From a bacterium (lineage in GTDB: Bacteria; Patescibacteriota; Patescibacteriia; UBA9934; GWF2-40-263): DNA of 47,531 bases. The translations under genes and the position numbers were made by a program. The notes below the pieces were generated by a model. It was not told where the DNA came from and ran no database searches. It saw only the letters and a program-made list of their open reading frames with translations. This document shows, one piece after another, positions 13,299-21,073 of the stretch. Each line of letters starts with the position of its first letter. Positions within the stretch are counted from its first letter, which is position 1. The stretch lies in the NCBI GenBank assembly GCA_020051955.1, contig JAGVQB010000014.1, positions 1-47,531 of the forward strand, in the 5' to 3' direction.

Positions 13299-16019
13299 AT
13301 GCAAAACAAAATCACAATCCGCGGGGCGCGCGAGCACAACCTAAAAAACATCTCGCTCGAGCTTCCGCGCAATAAGCTGATTTGCATTACAGGCGTCTCT
13401 GGATCAGGGAAGTCGAGTTTGGCGTTTGATACGATTTTTGCAGAGGGGCAGAGAAGATATGTGGAAAGTTTGTCAGCGTACGCGCGTCAGTTTTTGGGAC
13501 AGATGGAGAAGCCTGACGTTGATGAGATTGAAGGTTTGTCGCCGGCGATTTCAATTGATCAGAAAGCGCACGGCAGTAACCCACGCTCAACCGTTGCCAC
13601 GATCACGGAGATTTACGATTACTTACGCGTCTTGTTCGCGCGAGTTGGCCAGCCGTATTGCGTGAAGTGCGGGGACGCAATTCAGAAGTTAACGAATGAG
13701 GAGATGGTGAATGTGGTGATGGGAAAGGTGGAAAGGTGGCAAGGTGGTGAGGTGGTGAGGCGGGGAGGTGTTGAGGTGGAAAAGGGGGAAATTAAAATTC
13801 TCGCGCCGGTGGTTAGGGGGAGGAAGGGTGAGTACTACCAGCTTTTGTACGATCTATATAATTCTGGGTTCGCGCGAGTCAGAATCGATGGCAAGGAGTT
13901 TCGATTGGACGAGCAGATTAAACTCGCACGCTATCAGCAACATACGATCGAGGTTGTTGTTGATACGATTCCTGTTGTTGGCTTTGCCCCCCTCCTTCCC
14001 AACCTGTCCACCGTAGCCTTGGCGAAGGTGGAGGAGGGGCAGGGGGAGGTTGCCTGCGCTAAGGACTCTCGTCAACGTCTTGCTGACGCGCTCGAGATCG
14101 CGGTTGAGCGCGGGAACGACGTTGTGACGATTGTTTATCCAGATAAAACAGAACAGCTTCTGTCAGCGAAGTTCAGTTGTCCAAAGGACGGCTTCTCATT
14201 TCCCGAGATCGAGCCGCGGCTCTTCTCGTTTAATTCTCCCTACGGCGCTTGTCAGCAATGCACTGGATTGGGAACAGCGGAGTTGTTCTCTGAAGAGGTA
14301 TGTGGAAAGTGTCTGGGCGCGAGGTTGAGAGAGGAGGCGTTGAATGTGAGACTCCCCGGAGGAGGTGATCAGGTGGGGAGGTGGTCAGGTGGTCAGGAGG
14401 GGAGGTGGGAAGGTGGGGAGGTGGTTAGGTGGGGAGGTGGTCAGGACAGAAAGGCAGGGGTTTCGATCGTGGATATTACGAAAATGTCCATTGCGCAGGC
14501 TGTCGGGTACTTCGAACATCTTTCACTCTCTGATAAACAGCAACAGATCGCTGGGTCAGTGCTCAAAGAGATTCAGAATCGTCTCCAGTTTATGCTTGAC
14601 GTTGGTCTCCACTATCTCACGCTGGATCGCATGGCAGGGACGCTCTCTGGCGGTGAGGCACAACGTATTCGTCTGGCGTCTCAGGTTGGATCAAAACTCG
14701 TTGGCGCGATGTACGTGCTTGATGAGCCGACGATTGGTCTTCACCAGCGTGACAACGATCGTCTGATCAAGACGCTTGAGAACTTGCGTGACATTGGCAA
14801 CACAGTGATCGTTGTCGAGCATGACGAGGACACGATTCTCGCAAGCGATTATATGGTGGAGATTGGACCCGGCGCTGGCGTGCGTGGCGGGGAGGTTGTC
14901 GCGGCAGGGGATTTGTCGGACGTGTACAATGATCCGCATTCGCTTACTGCCGCGTACTTGCGAGGTGATAAAAAGATTGATGTTCCAAAAGAACGTCGCA
15001 CCGAAAGTAAATACACGCTCAAAATCCGCAATGCCTCACAGAACAATTTGAAACATATTAACGTCGAAATCCCACTGCGTCGTTTCGTGTGTATAACCGG
15101 CGTGTCTGGTTCTGGAAAATCTACGCTCGCGTACGAGACAATGTACAAAACGATTGCTAAGCGTCTCTACGGCTCAAAGCACACACCAGGCGCGCACGAT
15201 TCCCTCCTCGGGCTTGAGTATTTGGACAAGGCGATTTTGATTGATCAAGGCGCGATCGGGCGCACGTCTCGTTCTAACCCAGCAACATACACCGGGGCTT
15301 GGGATCCCATTAGAGAAATTTTCGCGTCAACCGCGGAGGCTCGTTATCGCGGATACAAAAAAGGAAGGTTCAGTTTTAACCGTCCTGGCGGAAGGTGCGA
15401 GCATTGCGAAGGCCATGGTCTGATCGCGATCGAGATGCATTTTTTGCCAACGGTGTTTGTCACGTGTGACGTTTGTAAGGGAAGACGGTTTGATCGTGAG
15501 ACGCTTGAGATCACGTTCAAAGATAAAAATATATTTCAAGTGTTGGAGATGGAAGTAAGCGAGGCGGCCGAGTTTTTCAAAGACGTGCCAGTAGTGAGCG
15601 ATAAACTTGAAACGCTCAAGCGCGTGGGGCTCGGGTATGTGAAACTTGGACAGCCGGCGCCAACGTTGTCTGGCGGCGAGGCACAGCGCGTGAAGTTATC
15701 AACGGAGCTTGCCAAGAGACAGACTGGGAAGACCCTGTATTTGTTTGACGAACCGACAACAGGATTACATTTCGAAGACGTGAAAAAGTTACTTGAGGTT
15801 TTGCACGAGCTTGTGGATAAGGGTAACTCTGTCATTGTGATCGAGCACAACTTGGATGTGATCAAGACAGCGGACTGGGTCATTGACTTGGGTCCAGAAG
15901 GCGGCGATCTCGGTGGAGAGGTTGTTGTTTGCGGCACGCCCGAGGATGTCGCGCGTCACTCGAAGAGTTACACGGGGCAGTACCTCCAGCGTGTATTAAA
16001 AAATATCGTTACCAGGTAA
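13299..16019 (+). CDS. uvrA: excinuclease ABC subunit A
   Basis: Two ABC modules ([11 protein letters not shown] and [11 protein letters not shown]; LSGGEAQR twice) and zinc modules, colinear with E. coli UvrA apart from three repeat insertions and one missing segment. Confidence 0.95.
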   Translation: MQNKITIRGAREHNLKNISLELPRNKLICITGVSGSGKSSLAFDTIFAEGQRRYVESLSAYARQFLGQMEKPDVDEIEGLSPAISIDQKAHGSNPRSTVATITEIYDYLRVLFARVGQPYCVKCGDAIQKLTNEEMVNVVMGKVERWQGGEVVRRGGVEVEKGEIKILAPVVRGRKGEYYQLLYDLYNSGFARVRIDGKEFRLDEQIKLARYQQHTIEVVVDTIPVVGFAPLLPNLSTVALAKVEEGQGEVACAKDSRQRLADALEIAVERGNDVVTIVYPDKTEQLLSAKFSCPKDGFSFPEIEPRLFSFNSPYGACQQCTGLGTAELFSEEVCGKCLGARLREEALNVRLPGGGDQVGRWSGGQEGRWEGGEVVRWGGGQDRKAGVSIVDITKMSIAQAVGYFEHLSLSDKQQQIAGSVLKEIQNRLQFMLDVGLHYLTLDRMAGTLSGGEAQRIRLASQVGSKLVGAMYVLDEPTIGLHQRDNDRLIKTLENLRDIGNTVIVVEHDEDTILASDYMVEIGPGAGVRGGEVVAAGDLSDVYNDPHSLTAAYLRGDKKIDVPKERRTESKYTLKIRNASQNNLKHINVEIPLRRFVCITGVSGSGKSTLAYETMYKTIAKRLYGSKHTPGAHDSLLGLEYLDKAILIDQGAIGRTSRSNPATYTGAWDPIREIFASTAEARYRGYKKGRFSFNRPGGRCEHCEGHGLIAIEMHFLPTVFVTCDVCKGRRFDRETLEITFKDKNIFQVLEMEVSEAAEFFKDVPVVSDKLETLKRVGLGYVKLGQPAPTLSGGEAQRVKLSTELAKRQTGKTLYLFDEPTTGLHFEDVKKLLEVLHELVDKGNSVIVIEHNLDVIKTADWVIDLGPEGGDLGGEVVVCGTPEDVARHSKSYTGQYLQRVLKNIVTR
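13722..13797 (+). repeat. Rep-F purine-rich (GGTGG-type) insertion 1 in uvrA
   Basis: ggaaaggtggaaaggtggcaaggtggtgaggtggtgaggcggggaggtgttgaggtgg, translated as [21 protein letters not shown]. Confidence 0.8.
13986..14055 (-). repeat. Rep-D copy in frame in uvrA
   Basis: cccccctccttcccaacctgtccaccgtagccttggcgaaggtggaggaggggcagggggaggttgcc, translated as [22 protein letters not shown]. Confidence 0.9.
14358..14446 (+). repeat. Rep-F purine-rich insertion 2 in uvrA
   Basis: ggaggaggtgatcaggtggggaggtggtcaggtggtcaggaggggaggtgggaaggtggggaggtggttaggtggggaggtggtcagg, translated as [29 protein letters not shown]. Confidence 0.85.
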
Positions 16020-16045
16020 CGATATTTTAAGTGCGGTTTTCTTTT

Positions 16046-16085
16046 GCTTTTTTTGGATTTTTGGCGTTTTGGATTTTGGTTTTTA
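16046..16085. repeat. partial Rep-B-like tract
   Basis: ttttttggatttttggcgttttggattttggttttt. Confidence 0.6.
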
Positions 16086-16604
16086 CTATTGCACTATCAA
16101 CGTGCCAATCATCCCTGCCTCACGGTTCGATCCAATGTCGCAGTAATATGGATATTGACCAGGCTGTGAAGGTGCTGTGAACGTCAGTGACTCGCCCTGC
16201 GCGATTGAATAGTTGAGATCAAGCTCGTCAATGGTAAACGTGTGGAAACCCGTTGACTTGCTGAATGTGACCTTGACCTTGTCGCCTGGCTTGGTAGTGA
16301 TCACGGATGGGTTGAATGCGAAGTTGCTTACTTCCATATCGACTTTCACATCAGTCTCCCCGCCCAGCGTGATTTCGTAAACAGGAATACCGTTTTCCTC
16401 GGTAATAGTTGTTTCACTACCAACACTTTGTGTTGTCGAATCTTCTTGCGTTGTAAATTCGATCGCCACACCTTCGTCAGTAATCGTTGTTGTCCCATCG
16501 CTATTAACCTCAACGTCTGCCTGTGGCTGAACTTCCTGCGCGGTCTGCGAACAGCCAGCGCCAAGCAGTACGATGATTAGCAATAATGGAATTGAATAGC
16601 GCAT
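16086..16604 (-). CDS. cupredoxin-fold lipoprotein (plastocyanin/azurin-like)
   Basis: Signal peptide with lipobox-like LLGAGC, then GFHTFTI ... YYCDIGSNREAGMIG. The C and M ligand spacing is conserved, but the position where I expect a His is Asn. Confidence 0.75.
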   Translation of the reverse strand: MRYSIPLLLIIVLLGAGCSQTAQEVQPQADVEVNSDGTTTITDEGVAIEFTTQEDSTTQSVGSETTITEENGIPVYEITLGGETDVKVDMEVSNFAFNPSVITTKPGDKVKVTFSKSTGFHTFTIDELDLNYSIAQGESLTFTAPSQPGQYPYYCDIGSNREAGMIGTLIVQ

Positions 16605-16610
16605 AGGAGG

Positions 16611-16642
16611 TAAATTGTTAAATGGTTAAATTGTTGAATTGT
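16611..16642 (+). repeat. junction microsatellite, 4 x 8 nt
   Basis: taaattgt-taaatggt-taaattgt-tgaattgt. Confidence 0.8.
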
Positions 16643-16690
16643 TGGAAGGTTAGCATCACCGAAGAGGAGAATCAATGGTACCCTGGGATT

Positions 16691-18142
16691 ATGATGAACG
16701 AACGGATAAAGATCAAAAATGGGGATTTGCCAGATGAGCCTGGCGTGTATTTTTATTATGACCGAGCGGGCAGTCTTTTGTATGTTGGTAAAGCTACGTC
16801 GTTGAAGCGGAGGGTTGGGTCGTATTTTGTGAAAGCGCACAATGGGAGGATAGCGGAAATGGTTGGCAAGATCGCGAGGATAGATTATATCGAAACGCGC
16901 ACCGTGATCGAGGCGTTGATTTTGGAGGCAAACGAGATTAAGGCGCGCCGACCAAAGTACAACATTCTTCAGCGCGATGATAAGACGTTTTTGTATTTAG
17001 CGATTACCAACGAGCGGTATCCGCGACCGTTGTTGGTTCGAGGTCACGAGCTGAAGCAGGCGGGGGAAAAACAGGGAACGGTGAACAGGAAACAGGGATT
17101 AGGGAACAGGATTGGGAAGGGAAGACGATTTGTTCGGATTTTTGGACCATACACCAGCAGTCGTTCGCTCAAGATCGCGCTGGAGCTTGTGCGCAGAAGT
17201 ATTCCTTGGAGTACTTGTGCACCTCCGAGTTTGGGCGGACGGGCGCGACCATGTTTTGATTCCCAAATCGGCAAGTGCCCAGGCGTTTGCATTGGCGCGA
17301 TAAGTCAGTCGGATTATCGTCGCGTCATTCGTCAGTTGATAATGTTTTTTGATGGCAAGAAGTCTAGTGTCGAGCGTTCGCTCAAGCGGGAAATGGAACG
17401 CGCTTCTCGCGATCAGCGGTTCGAGGACGCGGCTCTGTTGTGCAAACGACTTCAAGCGCTCAAGCATATTCACGATATCGCGCTCATCTCTCGAGAGGAT
17501 TACGAGCTTCTGTTTACGAGAACGATTAGTGGTATCAATCTGTTGGGTCGAATCGAAGCCTATGACATCAGCAACATCTCTGGCACATCGGCGGTTGGAT
17601 CAATGGTTGTGTTTGAGGATGGGAAACCCGCGAAGCATTTATATCGTCGGTTCAAGATCAAGACAGTAAAAGACGCTAATGACGTGGCAATGTTGGAGGA
17701 GGTTGTGAGGAGGAGGATCGCGAGGGGGAGGTGGGGGAAAAGCGACAAGGGTGACAGGGGCAACAAGGGGGACGGGGGGAACAGGGAACAGGGAACGGGG
17801 AATAGTGAACAGGGAACGGGGAATAGTGAACAGGGAACGGGGGCAAGTGGGAGGTGGGAATATCCAGAGGTGATGATAGTTGATGGAGGGGAGCCGCAGG
17901 TAAATCGTGTGCAGGCTGTGCTCGACGAGTTCGGTATTAAGATTCCGATCGTGGGAATTGCCAAAGGTTTTGATCGCAAGCAAGATCGGCTTGTGTACGA
18001 TCGGGACGATCTTGAACTCCAACGCGTCATTACTCGCGGCAAAGAACTTTTCCAGCGTGCGCGTGACGAGGCACACAGATTCGCGATTCAGTATCATCGT
18101 GCTTTACGTGCCAAACATTTCAAAAGAAAAAAGACCTTGTAA
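16691..18142 (+). CDS. uvrC: excinuclease ABC subunit C
   Basis: GIY-YIG domain (PGVYFYYD...LLYVGKA), UVR domain (RFEDAALLCKRLQAL) and endonuclease region (IVDGGEPQ...EAHRFA). An alternative start at 16622 has AGGAGG 11 nt upstream. Confidence 0.9.
   Translation: MMNERIKIKNGDLPDEPGVYFYYDRAGSLLYVGKATSLKRRVGSYFVKAHNGRIAEMVGKIARIDYIETRTVIEALILEANEIKARRPKYNILQRDDKTFLYLAITNERYPRPLLVRGHELKQAGEKQGTVNRKQGLGNRIGKGRRFVRIFGPYTSSRSLKIALELVRRSIPWSTCAPPSLGGRARPCFDSQIGKCPGVCIGAISQSDYRRVIRQLIMFFDGKKSSVERSLKREMERASRDQRFEDAALLCKRLQALKHIHDIALISREDYELLFTRTISGINLLGRIEAYDISNISGTSAVGSMVVFEDGKPAKHLYRRFKIKTVKDANDVAMLEEVVRRRIARGRWGKSDKGDRGNKGDGGNREQGTGNSEQGTGNSEQGTGASGRWEYPEVMIVDGGEPQVNRVQAVLDEFGIKIPIVGIAKGFDRKQDRLVYDRDDLELQRVITRGKELFQRARDEAHRFAIQYHRALRAKHFKRKKTL
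17067..17122 (+). repeat. Rep-C-like array in frame in uvrC
   Basis: aaaaacagggaacggtgaacaggaaacagggattagggaacaggattgggaaggg, translated as [19 protein letters not shown]. Confidence 0.85.
17725..17860 (+). repeat. compound purine-rich array (nonamers, Rep-C heptamers, then 21-nt units) in frame in uvrC
   Basis: gcgacaagg-gtgacaggg-gcaacaagg, then gggaacagggaaca, then (cagggaacggggaatagtgaa) about 2.6 times. Translated as [42 protein letters not shown]. Confidence 0.9.
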
Positions 18143-18148
18143 GGTCTT
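18124..18148 (-). terminator. terminator-like hairpin shared by convergent uvrC and the membrane-protein gene
   Basis: aagacc-ttgtaa-ggtctt preceded by an A-run, which is a T-run on the minus strand. Confidence 0.45.
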
Positions 18149-18175
18149 TGAAGCGTTCGTTTGCGATGAGGTCGT

Positions 18176-18799
18176 CTACTCCAGGAACGGCTGGACAACG
18201 ATCCCTGTGAGGACGATGGCGCTGAGCACGAGCGGGACTTGCCATGGGGTCTTGACCCCGGTCTGCTTTCCCAGCTTCCTCGTCTCGACCGTTGTCTTTG
18301 CCAGAACCCAGAATAGGATGATCCCGATGACCGATACGTGCCCGAAGCGCGAGGTAACGAATTGCACGTGGGCAAGCGTGAGCAATACTGCAAGTAGGAA
18401 CATTGCAACGCCAGAGCGTCTCTTTGCGTTCAGTAGTCTGTCTATCCCACCGAGGTCGGGGAGGGAGGGAAGATGGCAGAGGAAGCTCTCGAAGAATAGG
18501 ACATTCAGCAAGACCAGCCCCGTAAAGAACCCAGCGAAGAGAAATTCACTCCAGCGACCCGTGTGAGAATCCGCTACCACTATCGCGCAGCCCACAACGC
18601 TACAAATCATTATTGCGCCTGTTCCAAGGAGACAAATACGCGACAGCGTCCTAAAAGCCTTTTCCAGAACCTTACTCCCGAGTTCCTGTTGGCTCTCGAG
18701 GATCTTGAGGTGGTAGCTTGTGAGCGGAGCGAAGGCGTAGAAGACGCCAAACGCGAGGAGTGCCACGACAGCAACAGAGAACGTGATTGTATAGAACAT
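18176..18799 (-). CDS. polytopic membrane protein, function unknown, GC-richer than its neighbours
   Basis: ATG 18799 (MFYTITF) has AAAGGAGGAAA immediately upstream on the minus strand. About 5-6 hydrophobic segments. The longer track ORF to 18916 is rejected. Confidence 0.6.
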   Translation of the reverse strand: MFYTITFSVAVVALLAFGVFYAFAPLTSYHLKILESQQELGSKVLEKAFRTLSRICLLGTGAIMICSVVGCAIVVADSHTGRWSEFLFAGFFTGLVLLNVLFFESFLCHLPSLPDLGGIDRLLNAKRRSGVAMFLLAVLLTLAHVQFVTSRFGHVSVIGIILFWVLAKTTVETRKLGKQTGVKTPWQVPLVLSAIVLTGIVVQPFLE

Positions 18800-18973
18800 G
18801 TTTCCTCCTTTCGACTTTGAGTCGACGCGATAAAGTATCAGGGTCTCGTCACTTTGTCCACAGCCGATCTTCTCCGAGGTAATCATTTTGAAGATTGCGG
18901 TCTGGTTTATCCACACCGTCTTTTTTTATTACGAATCCAGTCTGATTTCGAGGTTTTAAGTGGGGAAAAGTAT

Positions 18974-19002
18974 TTGACCCGTGTCACACGGTGGAATAGA
19001 AT
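18974..19002 (+). promoter_or_regulatory. sigma70-like promoter upstream of mraZ
   Basis: TTGACC (18974-18979), 17-nt spacer, TAGAAT (18997-19002). Confidence 0.5.
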
Positions 19003-19026
19003 GGTGATGGGTGGAGAAAAGTGGGG
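19001..19026 (+). promoter_or_regulatory. candidate MraZ operator (three TGG-containing boxes with 10-bp phasing)
   Basis: ATGGT (19001), GTGGA (19011) and GTGGG (19021) sit exactly 10 bp apart, just downstream of the -10 box. E. coli MraZ binds phased TGGGN repeats. Confidence 0.35.
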
Positions 19027-19104
19027 ATTGATCCAGATGGTGGATCGATGCTCACTTTTTATTAAAGAGGTCTCTAAATAGATCGCGTGTCCCAAGCTCC
19101 ACGT

Positions 19105-19536
19105 ATGTTCATCGGCGAATACAATCATTCGATCGACGAAAAAGGTCGCCTCGCGATTCCAGTTAAGTTTCGCAAGGCGCTTGCGAAAGGAGCTGTGGTG
19201 ACACGAGGGCTAGATACGTCTTTGTTCCTGTTCCCCAAGGAGGAGTGGGGCAAGCTGGCAGAGAAGCTTGCAAGTTTGCCCCTGGGGCAATCCAATAGTC
19301 GCGCGTTCGCCAGACTCATGCTTGCTGGCGCAATGGACGTCTCGTTGGATAAACAGGGCAGGGTCGTTTTGCCGGAATACCTCCGAGAGTATGCTTCGCT
19401 CATGAAGAATGTTGTCGTAACGGGTCTCTACAATCGAATAGAGATTTGGGATGAGAGCAAGTGGGCGTCTTATAAGAAACAGGTCGAGAGCGACGCGGAC
19501 GCAGTCGCTGAAAAACTTGGCGAGCTCGGTATTTAA
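19105..19536 (+). CDS. mraZ: transcriptional regulator MraZ
   Basis: MFIGEYNHSIDEKGRLAIP plus a second DKQGRVVLP repeat, giving the duplicated SpoVT/AbrB-like MraZ fold. Confidence 0.85.
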   Translation: MFIGEYNHSIDEKGRLAIPVKFRKALAKGAVVTRGLDTSLFLFPKEEWGKLAEKLASLPLGQSNSRAFARLMLAGAMDVSLDKQGRVVLPEYLREYASLMKNVVVTGLYNRIEIWDESKWASYKKQVESDADAVAEKLGELGI

Positions 19537-19545
19537 CGAGACGCC

Positions 19546-19589
19546 ACTTTCGCCGTCGCCCTTCGGGCTATGGCGGGCAGGAAAGTGGC
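19546..19589 (+). repeat. hairpin in the mraZ-rsmH spacer
   Basis: gccactttc ... gaaagtggc enclosing cgcc-tcgccc-ttcg-gggc-tatggcg. Confidence 0.6.
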
Positions 19590-19634
19590 TTTAACTCTGG
19601 TGTTCATAGCCACTTCAGCGGCGTTCCAGTATCA

Positions 19635-19766
19635 GGAGACCTTTGCAAAAGTCGATGAGATTGCGTTGAACGGGCTGTCGAGCCCCACGAAACGTAGACA
19701 TTCTACGTAGAGTGGGGTCGACGGGCGCCCGTGAAACGCAAGATCGCGACTTTTGCAGAGGTCTCC
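19635..19766. repeat. Rod-2: 132-nt rod hairpin closed by a 20-bp inverted repeat
   Basis: ggagacctttgcaaaagtcg (19635-19654) pairs with cgacttttgcagaggtctcc (19747-19766), with one U-G position. Inner pairings are gcgtt/aacgc, cgggc/gcccg and tcgagccccac/gtggggtcga, with apex acgtaga-cattc-tacgt. Confidence 0.85.
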
Positions 19767-19779
19767 AGGGAGGATCACT

Positions 19780-20646
19780 ATGGACCACATACCAGTCCTT
19801 CTTGAAGAGGTGAGCGATTACCTCAAACCAGAGCCGAACAAGCTTTTTATAGACGGCACTGTGGGGCTGGGAGGGCACGCGTACGCACTCATGTCGCGCG
19901 CCCTTCCTGGCAGCCGTCTGCTGGGCATTGATCGGGACGATTCAAATCTCGCGATTGCAAAAGAACGCCTCGCGAGTTTTGGAGAGTCAGTCGTGCTCGT
20001 TCATGATAGTTACGCGAATGTAAAAAAGTACGCTTATGATCTTGGTTTTACTTCAGCTGGCGCGATCTTATTGGATCTTGGTTTTTCTTCTGTGCATGTG
20101 GATGATCCACTTCGAGGTTTCTCGTTTGCGTCAGATGGGCCGCTTGACATGCGTTATGATCGATCGCGGGGATTAACAGCAGAGACAATCATCAACGATT
20201 GGACGATAGAGGAACTCGCGCGGATATTTCGTCAGTTTGGCGAGGAGCTCCAGGCGCAACGGATCGCGGTGGCGATCGCGAGGGCGCGCGAGGAGCACAG
20301 GATTTCAACAACCGTTGAGCTTGCTAAAGTGATCGAGAGTGTTGTTAAGAGACATGGGAAAATTCATCCAGCGACAAAAGTATTTCAAGCTCTACGCATC
20401 GCTGTGAATGATGAACTTGGCGAGCTCGCGCGCGCGCTTCCAGACTTGGTCGATCTACTTGCTCCAGACGGGCGCATCGCAATTATCACGTTTCATTCGC
20501 TTGAGGATCGATTGGTCAAACGATTTTTCAACGCGCGGAATGATCTGCAAGTTTTGACCAAACGTGTGGTGGTGGCCTCCCAAGAGGAAGTGCGAAAGAA
20601 CCGTCGCGCTCGCAGTGCGAAACTGCGAGTAGCGTCTCGGCTCTAA
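19780..20646 (+). CDS. rsmH: 16S rRNA (cytosine1402-N4)-methyltransferase
   Basis: MDHIPVLLEEV and DGTVGLGGHA, positioned after mraZ. GGGAGGA lies 6 nt before ATG 19780. Confidence 0.9.
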   Translation: MDHIPVLLEEVSDYLKPEPNKLFIDGTVGLGGHAYALMSRALPGSRLLGIDRDDSNLAIAKERLASFGESVVLVHDSYANVKKYAYDLGFTSAGAILLDLGFSSVHVDDPLRGFSFASDGPLDMRYDRSRGLTAETIINDWTIEELARIFRQFGEELQAQRIAVAIARAREEHRISTTVELAKVIESVVKRHGKIHPATKVFQALRIAVNDELGELARALPDLVDLLAPDGRIAIITFHSLEDRLVKRFFNARNDLQVLTKRVVVASQEEVRKNRRARSAKLRVASRL

Positions 20647-20668
20647 TTTTCTTGATGTCCGCGCACAT

Positions 20669-21031
20669 ATGCCCATCGCCTCCTCAATTGTTGCTTGCAA
20701 CACAGAACCGTTTATCCGCAGAACTTCCGCGTGGACGTATCTCTGCTCGCATTTCGTTTTTATAAATATCTTATCGTTGTGTGTCGTTGGGGTAATCGTA
20801 ATTGCCTACATTATCCAGGTGAACGGTGATATCACAAAGGGGTATCAAATCCGCGAGCTTGAAACACAACTTTCAACATTGTCACTTCAAAATCAACAGC
20901 TAGAGGTTATCGCGCGCGAGGCACAGTCGCTTGAACACGTCGCGAGGTCAGTAAAGATGATGGGGTTTGTGGAGGCAGAAATGCCAACGTATATCACATC
21001 GTCTACTCCAGCAGTCGCATTGGCGCAATAA
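20669..21031 (+). CDS. FtsL-like single-pass membrane/coiled-coil protein
   Basis: One TM segment (ILSLCVVGVIVIAYII) followed by a heptad-like region (ELETQLSTLSLQNQQLEVI). The position after rsmH matches ftsL. Confidence 0.45.
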   Translation: MPIASSIVACNTEPFIRRTSAWTYLCSHFVFINILSLCVVGVIVIAYIIQVNGDITKGYQIRELETQLSTLSLQNQQLEVIAREAQSLEHVARSVKMMGFVEAEMPTYITSSTPAVALAQ

Positions 21032-21044
21032 AAAAAGTATTCAC

Positions 21045-21072
21045 AAAAAACCGGCCGCTTTGGCCGATTTTT
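21045..21072. terminator. bidirectional terminator
   Basis: aaaaaa-ccggcc-gctt-tggccg-attttt, lying between convergent genes. Confidence 0.65.
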
Positions 21073-21073
21073 G

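Noticed and set aside
17560-18097. Minus-strand ORFs 17560-18042 and 17639-18097, antisense to uvrC
   Set aside because: They are antisense to a strongly supported uvrC frame. Their proline- and serine-rich translations come from reading the purine-rich repeat backwards.
19650-19745. Hammerhead-like words (GATGAG ... GAAAC ... GAAAC) inside Rod-2
   Set aside because: The conserved CUGAUGA core is not present (CGAUGAG instead), and the three-stem junction cannot be drawn. The sequence folds more simply as a single rod.
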